Assembly (NCBI GenBank): GCA_045627385.1
Contig: JAZQNO010000025.1
Coordinates: forward strand, 5,147-69,146
Origin: Bacteroidales bacterium
GTDB lineage: Bacteria; Bacteroidota; Bacteroidia; Bacteroidales; UBA1402
DNA: 64,000 nt
Direction: 5' to 3'
Positions 57,142 to 64,000 of this stretch are shown here, piece by piece. Made by a program: the position numbers and the translations under genes. The notes beneath the pieces are model-generated. The model had not been told where the DNA came from. It did no database searches and saw only the letters and a list, made by a program, of their open reading frames with translations. Every line of letters starts with the position of its first letter. The stretch's first letter is position 1.

Positions 57142-57849
57142 ATGAAATATAAGAGAATTCTCCTCAAACTCAGCGGTGAATCCCTGATGGGAAAGGCCCA
57201 GTACGGCATCGATCCCGAACGTTTGGCCGAGTATGCCGTCCAAATCAAGGAAATCGCCGATATGGGCGTGCAGATCGGCATCGTCATCGGCGGAGGCAAC
57301 ATTTTCCGCGGTCTGGCGGGTGCGGCCAAGGGATACGAACGCGTCAAGGGCGATCAGATGGGCATGCTGGCTACGGTCATCAATAGTCTGGCCCTCTGTT
57401 CGGCACTGGAAAGCATCGGCGCCAAAGCGCGCGTGCTGACGGCCGTGAGAATGGAACCCATCGGCGAATTTTACAGCAAACGCTATGCGCTCGAATGTAT
57501 GGAAAAAGGCGAAATCTGCATTTTCTCCTGCGGAACGGGCTCGCCTTATTTCACCACCGATACGGGATCTTCGCTCCGCGGCATCGAAATCGAAGCCGAT
57601 GTGATGCTCAAAGGCACCCGTGTCGACGGCATCTACACCGCCGATCCTGAAAAAGATCCGAAGGCTGTCAAGTTCGACGACATCACATATGACGAGATTT
57701 ACCTCCGCGGACTGAAGGTGATGGACCTCACGGCTACGACCATGTGCAAGGAAAACAATCTGCCCATCATCGTATTCAATATGGACAAGCCCGGCAATCT
57801 GAAAAAGGTCATGACCGATGGCAACATCGGCACATTGGTACACAATTGA
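57142..57849 (+). CDS. pyrH: UMP kinase
   Basis: [34 protein letters not shown]. Confidence 0.97.
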   Translation: MKYKRILLKLSGESLMGKAQYGIDPERLAEYAVQIKEIADMGVQIGIVIGGGNIFRGLAGAAKGYERVKGDQMGMLATVINSLALCSALESIGAKARVLTAVRMEPIGEFYSKRYALECMEKGEICIFSCGTGSPYFTTDTGSSLRGIEIEADVMLKGTRVDGIYTADPEKDPKAVKFDDITYDEIYLRGLKVMDLTATTMCKENNLPIIVFNMDKPGNLKKVMTDGNIGTLVHN

Positions 57850-57872
57850 AACAACATCAAACAACAGACCCT

Positions 57873-58436
57873 ATGAACGAAGAAGCGGATCTTTATCTGA
57901 GCATGGCCGAAGATGCCATGTCGCAGACCATCAATTATCTGGACAAGAGTTTGTCGCGCATCCGCGCCGGCAAGGCCAGTGTGAACATCTTGGACGGCAT
58001 CCGGGTGGATTACTATGGCACGATGACGGCTTTGAACGGTGTGGCCACTCTCTCGACTCCCGATGCCAAGACCATCGCCATCCAGCCTTGGGAAAAGAAG
58101 ATGCTCCCCACCATCGAAAAAGCCATTATGGCTTCTCCGGTCGGCATCAATCCCGTCAACAACGGCGAAGTCATCATCCTGAGCATTCCGCCGCTTACCG
58201 AAGAGCGCCGTCGTGCCTTGGGCAAGCAGGTCCGTCAGGAAGCCGAAGACGCAAAGGTGGCTGTGCGCAACACTCGTCGCGACTGCATCGATTCGATGAA
58301 GAAACTCGTCAAGGACGGCATGTCTGAGGATTTGGGCAAGGACTACGAAGCCCGTGTCCAGCAGATTCACGACAAGTACATCAAGAAGGTCGACGAGATT
58401 GCCGCCGCCAAGGATAAGGAAATCATGACCGTCTGA
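57873..58436 (+). CDS. frr: Ribosome recycling factor
   Basis: [32 protein letters not shown]. Start at ATG 57873. Confidence 0.96.
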   Translation: MNEEADLYLSMAEDAMSQTINYLDKSLSRIRAGKASVNILDGIRVDYYGTMTALNGVATLSTPDAKTIAIQPWEKKMLPTIEKAIMASPVGINPVNNGEVIILSIPPLTEERRRALGKQVRQEAEDAKVAVRNTRRDCIDSMKKLVKDGMSEDLGKDYEARVQQIHDKYIKKVDEIAAAKDKEIMTV

Positions 58437-58441
58437 CAGGC

Positions 58442-59386
58442 TTGAAAGGACTGGTTGTCAAAAATACGGGAAGCGATCTGCGTGTGCGCGGCGACGATGC
58501 GCAGATGTACGATTGCAAGATCAAGGGAAATCTGCGGATCAAAGGTATCCGCAGCACCAACCCTGTCGCCATCGGCGATTGGGTGAAGGTGGAAGGCGAG
58601 TCGGGCAACTTCTTTGTGAGTGAAGTGCTCGACCGTCGCAATTATCTGGTACGCAAGCCGGCCAACCTGTCCAAGCAACTGCACATCATCGCCGCCAATA
58701 TCGATCTGGCCCTTCTGGTGGTCACTTTGCGCCATCCGGAAACGAATCTGGTTTTTGTGGACCGTTTTCTGGCCACCGCGGAGGCGTACAATATCCCTTC
58801 TTGTCTGGTTTTCAATAAAACGGATCTTTACGAAGATGAGGATAAGGAATATGCGCAGGCTTTGAACCGCCTGTATACCCAGATCGGATATACTTGTTTC
58901 AATGTGTCTGCGCTCCATTCGGAAGGCATCGAAGAACTGCGCTCCTTCATCCGCGGAACGGCGGAACAACCGAAGGTATGCCTGCTGTCGGGCAATTCGG
59001 GTGTGGGCAAATCCTCGCTGATGAATGCGCTGAATCCGCAGCTGCACGCCAAAGTCGGCCGCATTTCGGAGGTGCATGACAAGGGCATGCATACGACCTC
59101 CTATTCGGAGATGTTTCCGCTGGACGAACACACTTATGTCATTGACACACCGGGAATCAAAGGTTTCAATACGGTCGATATGAAACCCGAGCAGGTGGGC
59201 CATTATTTTCCCGAAATCTTCCGCATTTCGCAGGACTGCCGTTACGGCAACTGCACGCACCGACACGAACCTGGATGCGCCGTGCTGGACGCGCTCGACA
59301 AACACCTTATCAGCGAATCGCGCTACAACAGCTATCTGAGCATCATCGACGATTTCAGCGAAGGCAAATACCGTTCGGGCGATTGA
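58442..59386 (+). CDS. rsgA: Ribosome small subunit-dependent GTPase A
   Basis: NKTD, GNSGVGKSS, GMHTT, DTPGIK, CRYGNCTHRHEPGC zinc finger. TTG start. Confidence 0.95.
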   Translation: MKGLVVKNTGSDLRVRGDDAQMYDCKIKGNLRIKGIRSTNPVAIGDWVKVEGESGNFFVSEVLDRRNYLVRKPANLSKQLHIIAANIDLALLVVTLRHPETNLVFVDRFLATAEAYNIPSCLVFNKTDLYEDEDKEYAQALNRLYTQIGYTCFNVSALHSEGIEELRSFIRGTAEQPKVCLLSGNSGVGKSSLMNALNPQLHAKVGRISEVHDKGMHTTSYSEMFPLDEHTYVIDTPGIKGFNTVDMKPEQVGHYFPEIFRISQDCRYGNCTHRHEPGCAVLDALDKHLISESRYNSYLSIIDDFSEGKYRSGD

Positions 59387-59394
59387 TGTCGTCG

Positions 59395-60117
59395 TCAGAC
59401 AATGAAGGAAACTTCCTTGAAAGCGTACCAGCGTTTTTCTCCCGTCTTTTCGTCTTGCAGACACAGTCTTCCCATCGCATCGATACCGACGATACGGGCA
59501 TCGAAACGGCCGTTTTCCTGGTCTTGATAGGGAAAGACACCATCGCGCCGGTACAGATTTTCCCAAAACAGGCTCTCTAGCCGTTTCGGATCGGTTTCGG
59601 CCATTTCCAACTGAGTCTTCAGCTGGTCCATCAGACACTCGAGAACTTCGTCCAGGGGATGATCCGTCCCGCTCAATTGTTTCATTGAAACAGGGTTGGG
59701 TGCGTCGCTGAGAAAGACTTCCTGATTGACGTTCAGCCCGATGCCCGCGATGCTGTGGCTGATGCGCATCCCTTCCAGCCGGTTTTCGATGAGAATGCCG
59801 CAAATCTTGCTGTCGCCTACGTAAATGTCATTGGGCCATTTGATGCGGATGTCATCGCGCTTGAGGAATTTCTGAAGGCATAGGCAGACAGCGGTGGCTA
59901 CCGCTTCGGAAAGGCGGAAATAATCGCTTGCCAGAATGCGTACCGGCTTGTACAGCAGGCTCATGCATATGTTTTTCCCATCTTCCGATTCCCAATGGTT
60001 GCCCCTTTGTCCGCGTCCGGCCGTCTGTCGGCTGCAGACCACGGCATCCAGGCTGTCACCCAGGTGGGCGGCCATCCAGGAATTGGTCGATTCGGTTTCT
60101 TCAATCCGGTATATCAT
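59395..60117 (-). CDS. birA: Biotin--[acetyl-CoA-carboxylase] ligase (no N-terminal HTH)
   Basis: ESTN, QTAGRGQRGNHW, KWPNDI, KICGILIE, GIGLNVNQ. Confidence 0.93.
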   Translation of the reverse strand: MIYRIEETESTNSWMAAHLGDSLDAVVCSRQTAGRGQRGNHWESEDGKNICMSLLYKPVRILASDYFRLSEAVATAVCLCLQKFLKRDDIRIKWPNDIYVGDSKICGILIENRLEGMRISHSIAGIGLNVNQEVFLSDAPNPVSMKQLSGTDHPLDEVLECLMDQLKTQLEMAETDPKRLESLFWENLYRRDGVFPYQDQENGRFDARIVGIDAMGRLCLQDEKTGEKRWYAFKEVSFIV

Positions 60118-60131
60118 ATGGAAAATCAGTT

Positions 60132-60494
60132 TCAGTAAGGAGCGCAAAATGCGTCTTCGATATGTTCGATCTGCCATTCGCCTCCCTCGCAGACGATGGA
60201 CAGGATGTCAAACCGCACCGGCAGGTCGATGCCTTTGAGCCGGACATAATGGTTGGCAGAAGACACGATGCGTCTGATTTTCTGCGGTGTGACCGATTGC
60301 CAGGGTTCTTCCCACTGGCGGCTGCTGCGTGTCTTGACCTCGACGACCACGAGATATTCCCCGTCTGAGGCGATGATGTCGAGTTCTTTGTGGCTGGAAT
60401 GCCAATTCTGTTCGATGATGTCATATCCCTTCTCTCGAAGATATCCGACGGCAGCCTGTTCTCCATGGATTCCTAAAAGGTTGTGTGTTGCCAT
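60132..60494 (-). CDS. yraN: YraN family protein
   Basis: GEQAAVGYL..GY.I, ELDII, VEVKTR, RFDI. Confidence 0.9.
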   Translation of the reverse strand: MATHNLLGIHGEQAAVGYLREKGYDIIEQNWHSSHKELDIIASDGEYLVVVEVKTRSSRQWEEPWQSVTPQKIRRIVSSANHYVRLKGIDLPVRFDILSIVCEGGEWQIEHIEDAFCAPY

Positions 60495-60947
60495 TTATCG
60501 TTTTTTCTTGAAAAATTCACTCATAAGCGAGGCGCATTCGTCGGCAAGGATTCCCTTGCTGACCTGCGTTTTGGGATGGAGCGCCTGAGGCGCGAAGCGG
60601 CTGTAACCGCGTTTCTCGTCGTCGGCACCGTAGACCAGCCGTCCCAACTGCGCCCATCCGAGGGCGCCTGCGCACATCACGCATGGTTCCAATGTGACAT
60701 ACAAGGTGCATTCCTGCAGATATTTGCCACCCAAAGCAGAGGCTGCCGAGGTGATGGCCTGCATCTCGGCGTGTGCGGTGACATCGTTGAGAGTTTCCGT
60801 CAAATTGTGACCGCGTGCAATGATGCGGTCCCGACACACGACGACCGTCCCCACCGGAATCTCTCCTTTTTCGGCGCTTGCCTGCGCTTCGGCCAGCGCC
60901 AGCCTCATATATCGCTCGTCTGTTTCAGAAGAGGGTAGGGTATTCAT
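60495..60947 (-). CDS. tadA: Nucleoside deaminase (tRNA adenosine deaminase TadA-like)
   Basis: GEIPVG, HAE, TLEPCVMC. Confidence 0.88.
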   Translation of the reverse strand: MNTLPSSETDERYMRLALAEAQASAEKGEIPVGTVVVCRDRIIARGHNLTETLNDVTAHAEMQAITSAASALGGKYLQECTLYVTLEPCVMCAGALGWAQLGRLVYGADDEKRGYSRFAPQALHPKTQVSKGILADECASLMSEFFKKKR

Positions 60948-61131
60948 CGTTGAATCGGTTGGAGATGGATGTGAGAACGCATTTCCGGATGAAGTTGGAA
61001 CGGTTCTTCACATGATACTGCTTGCAGTAGGCGGCCAAAGCGTCGGCTTCGACTTCATTCAGCTGAAAGACAATCCGCCGGTCGCGTTTGAGCGATTTCG
61101 GAGCCATTGGCGTTTTTTTCTTTCTCTTCAT
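60925..61131 (-). CDS. Small basic hypothetical protein
   Basis: 68 aa ORF filling the gap between pssA and tadA in the same orientation. Ends YPTLF. Confidence 0.6.
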   Translation of the reverse strand: MKRKKKTPMAPKSLKRDRRIVFQLNEVEADALAAYCKQYHVKNRSNFIRKCVLTSISNRFNDEYPTLF

Positions 61132-61143
61132 CTTGTCGGCGTT

Positions 61144-61839
61144 TTATGATTGACGGGAAAACACGAGGCAAAGCAGGAGATACCATAGTATGCAGAGAGC
61201 CAGTCCGCCCAGATGGAAGATGGCCAGCAGGACAAGGCAACCCAGCAGGAAAATGTAGCGCAGGGCGTTGTCTTTCCACTTCAGATTCTTGAATTTGAGC
61301 GAAAACATAGGAATTTCCGATACCAGCAGCCAACAGCAGACCAGCAGCAGGCCGATAAGGAACAAGGGCTCGATGCCCTCTTGGAAGCGCTCTTCGAGAA
61401 ACAGGATGCCGAACGCCCAGAAAAAAGCGTTGGCTGGAGTGGGCAGACCGAGAAAGGAGGTGCTCTGACGGTTGTCCAGATTGAAATGCGCCAACCGTAC
61501 GGCAGAGAAGGCCACCATCAGAAAGGCCAGATAGCTCAGGTAGGTGCAGATGCCGGCGGGAAGGAATCCTGCCGCGGCGTTTTCCTGAAGATATCTGAAA
61601 AGGATAGCCGAAGGAGCCACACCGAAACTGATGACATCCGACAGGGAATCGAGCTCTTTTCCGATGGGGGAGACCACCTTGAGCAGGCGGGCGCAGAAGC
61701 CGTCGAAGAAATCGAAAACGGCAGCCAGAGCAATCAGACAGGCCGAAAGTCTGTAGTCGCCGCCAAAGGCGTAAACGACGGCCAGGCATCCCGAAAGGGC
61801 ATTCAGGCAGGTGATGATATTGGGAATGTGTCTCTTCAT
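61144..61839 (-). CDS. pssA: CDP-diacylglycerol--serine O-phosphatidyltransferase
   Basis: IPNIITCLN, DFFDGFCAR..GKELDSLSD, RLAHFN, FLGLPTP. Next to psd. Confidence 0.92.
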   Translation of the reverse strand: MKRHIPNIITCLNALSGCLAVVYAFGGDYRLSACLIALAAVFDFFDGFCARLLKVVSPIGKELDSLSDVISFGVAPSAILFRYLQENAAAGFLPAGICTYLSYLAFLMVAFSAVRLAHFNLDNRQSTSFLGLPTPANAFFWAFGILFLEERFQEGIEPLFLIGLLLVCCWLLVSEIPMFSLKFKNLKWKDNALRYIFLLGCLVLLAIFHLGGLALCILWYLLLCLVFSRQS

Positions 61840-62528
61840 AAGGAAGCGGTTTTGAATGTGGCCAGCACCGTCTTGCCGCCGGTGACGTGGTCGCCGATAT
61901 GCACTTGCACCTCGGTTTCGCCTACGGGCAGGAAAATGTCGGTGCGCGAGCCGAAGCGGATGAAACCCAACTGGTCATTGCGTTGGAGCCGGTCGCCCGG
62001 ACGGGCGTAATTGCAGATGCGGCGCGCAACGGCTCCGGCAATCATGCGGGTCATCATGGGCTTTGAACTGAACTCAGTGAGAATGACCACGTTGCTGTGC
62101 TCGTTCTCCTGGCTCGATTTGGGCAGATAGGCCGACCAGAAACGCCCGTTGCGATGGCTGACGTGCTGCACGTGGCCGGCTATGGGCGTCCAGATGGTGT
62201 GGGCGTCGAACATCGTCATGAAGACGGAAATCTGCAGATAATTATCCTTGAGGACTTCTCCTTCGAAACAGGGTTCGATGGCCACGACCGTGCCGTCGGC
62301 GGGCGCCACGATGTCGTTGGGGCGGTCGGGAAGGGGTTGCCAGCGCGATACCCGGAAGAAATTCAGAAACAGGGCCATCACGAAAAGGGAGACGACCAGC
62401 AGACACCAGAACCAGGCCCCACCCAGAAGATGGTAGCAGCAGAAGTTGAGAATCAGCAGAATGACCGTGATGACGGTCAGCACCACTTTACCTTCCCGGT
62501 GAATCGTTATGTTCGGACCCTTTTTCAT
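61836..62528 (-). CDS. psd: Phosphatidylserine decarboxylase proenzyme
   Basis: FFR, APADG, ISVFM, ENEH, IAGAVARRI, FGSR self-cleavage site. Confidence 0.92.
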   Translation of the reverse strand: MKKGPNITIHREGKVVLTVITVILLILNFCCYHLLGGAWFWCLLVVSLFVMALFLNFFRVSRWQPLPDRPNDIVAPADGTVVAIEPCFEGEVLKDNYLQISVFMTMFDAHTIWTPIAGHVQHVSHRNGRFWSAYLPKSSQENEHSNVVILTEFSSKPMMTRMIAGAVARRICNYARPGDRLQRNDQLGFIRFGSRTDIFLPVGETEVQVHIGDHVTGGKTVLATFKTASL

Positions 62529-62549
62529 TCTGTTCTCCAGACTCAACTA

Positions 62550-62557
62550 CAAATGTA
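62550..62557 (-). promoter_or_regulatory. -7 promoter element (TACATTTG) for the psd operon
   Basis: TAnnTTTG on the minus strand about 20 nt upstream of the psd ATG. Confidence 0.55.
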
Positions 62558-62668
62558 CACATTTATTTGATATAAATAAGACAAAAAAATCATACCCGTT
62601 TTCTTGAAATGAGCGCTATTTATGCCTACCTTTAAAGCCTCAGTAATCATCCTGTTATCCTATTGAAT

Positions 62669-64000
62669 ATGAGTAAATTCGTACATCTGCATGTACATTC
62701 CCAGTATTCCGTTCTCGATGGACAGGCTTCGGTGGGCGGCCTCATCGACAAGGCCATTTCCGACGGCATGCCGGCCATTGCGCTGACCGATCACGGCAAT
62801 ATGTTCGGCATCAAGGAGTTTGTCGATACCATTGCCAAGAAGAACAAAGACGAAGTGGTCTTGAAGCCGATCATAGGCTGTGAGGTCTATGTGGCACGCA
62901 ACGGAAAAGAGAACAAACGTCGCGAGGTGAGGGATGACGCCCGCGGCTGGCATCTGATTCTCCTGGCCAAGAATTACAACGGATACAAGAATCTCATCAA
63001 AATCGTGTCGCGCGCCTGGGTGGACGGCTACTACTATACGCCCCGAACCGACCACGCCGATCTGGAAAAATATCACGAGGACATCATCTGCTGCTCGGCT
63101 TGTCTGGGCGGCGAGATTCCGCAATATATATTAAAAGGAGAACTCGACAAGGCTGAGGAGTCGCTGCTCTGGTTCAAGAATCTGTTCGGCGATGACTTCT
63201 ATCTGGAGTTGCAGCGCCACAAGCCGACCGTCCCCAACGCAGCTCAGGATACATATCCCAAACAGGTGGAAGTCAATAAGGTGCTCTTGGAGTGGGCTGC
63301 CAAACATCAGGTCAAATACATCTGCACCAACGATGTGCATTTCATCAACGAGGACGATGCGGAGGCTCATCACCGCCTGCTTTGCGTGAACACGGGAAAC
63401 GATGTGGACGACTACACCAAAATGGCCTACACCAAGCAGGAATGGTTCAAGACGACGGCGGAAATGGCCGAGGTCTTTTCGGACCTGCCCGAGGCGCTGG
63501 AAACGACTTTGGAAATCGCCGACAAGGTGGAGATCTATTCCATCGACCACAAGCCGGTGATGCCGAATTTCGAAATTCCCCCGGAGTTTCCCGACCAGGA
63601 TGCCTATCTGCGCCATCTGACCTACGAAGGTGCCAAGCGGCTCTATCCGGATATCACCGACGAGGTGCGTGAACGCATCGATTTCGAATTGGAGACCATT
63701 AAGAACATGGGATTCCCCGGCTATTTCCTCATTGTGCAGGACTTTATCGCCGGAGCCCGCTCCATAGGCGTTTCCGTCGGCCCTGGCCGTGGCTCGGCTG
63801 CGGGTTCCGTGGTCGCTTACTGTTTGGGAATCACCAAGGTGGATCCCATCAAATACGACTTGCTGTTCGAACGTTTCCTGAATCCAGACCGTATCTCATT
63901 GCCTGATATCGACACCGATTTCGATGATGACGGACGTGGCGAAGTGCTGAGATGGGTGGAAAACAAATACGGCAAGGAAAAGGTGTCGCACATCATCACC
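62669..64000 (+). CDS. dnaE: DNA polymerase III alpha subunit (3'-truncated by window; absent from ORF track)
   Basis: Manual translation: MSKFVHLHVHSQYSVLDG, ALTDHGNMFG, PIIGCEVYVA, HLILLAKN, GPGRGSAAGS, LLFERFLNPDR..PDIDTDF. Confidence 0.97.
   Translation, partial: MSKFVHLHVHSQYSVLDGQASVGGLIDKAISDGMPAIALTDHGNMFGIKEFVDTIAKKNKDEVVLKPIIGCEVYVARNGKENKRREVRDDARGWHLILLAKNYNGYKNLIKIVSRAWVDGYYYTPRTDHADLEKYHEDIICCSACLGGEIPQYILKGELDKAEESLLWFKNLFGDDFYLELQRHKPTVPNAAQDTYPKQVEVNKVLLEWAAKHQVKYICTNDVHFINEDDAEAHHRLLCVNTGNDVDDYTKMAYTKQEWFKTTAEMAEVFSDLPEALETTLEIADKVEIYSIDHKPVMPNFEIPPEFPDQDAYLRHLTYEGAKRLYPDITDEVRERIDFELETIKNMGFPGYFLIVQDFIAGARSIGVSVGPGRGSAAGSVVAYCLGITKVDPIKYDLLFERFLNPDRISLPDIDTDFDDDGRGEVLRWVENKYGKEKVSHIIT

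Noticed and set aside
902-62546. Upstream TTG/GTG starts in the ORF track (902, 4004, 18982, 23073, 23115, 32365, 41606, 47476, 51055, 57109, 57744, 60177, 62546)
   Set aside because: They overlap neighbouring genes or promoter motifs. Downstream ATGs give proper signal peptides or family-typical N-termini.

Overview
Bacteroidales-type genomic window (Bacteroidetes TTTG-N19/20-TAnnTTTG promoters, SusC/SusD pair, a T9SS-like C-terminus). Family assignments come from recognised motifs and recalled similarity to characterised proteins; no database search was run. Positions 1-41.1 kb hold a large pectin locus resembling rhamnogalacturonan-II (RG-II) utilisation genes: four paralogous beta-helix/DUF6298-type genes, a PL11 lyase, separate GH143-like and GH142-like genes, PL1, GH28, a CE19-like esterase, a GH140-DUF3826 fusion and a GH33-TIM-barrel fusion. 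A minus-strand block (TPP riboswitch, thiamine uptake genes, CNNM gene) interrupts it. The locus also carries two DHDPS-family aldolase + sodium:solute symporter pairs. The second pair is followed by an Fe-alcohol dehydrogenase, PdxA2 and a DUF1537 four-carbon-acid kinase. Main hypothesis: this is a complete catabolic route for the RG-II sugar Dha (Dha -> pyruvate + D-threuronate -> D-threonate -> 4-P-D-threonate -> DHAP + CO2), and the other pair handles Kdo. From 41.6 kb: SusC/SusD/lipoprotein, M6 metalloprotease + lipoprotein, then housekeeping genes (dacB, rsmI, hflX, class I fumarase, pyrH, frr, rsgA, biotin ligase, YraN, tadA, pssA, psd, partial dnaE). No rRNA, tRNA, CRISPR array or transposase was seen.
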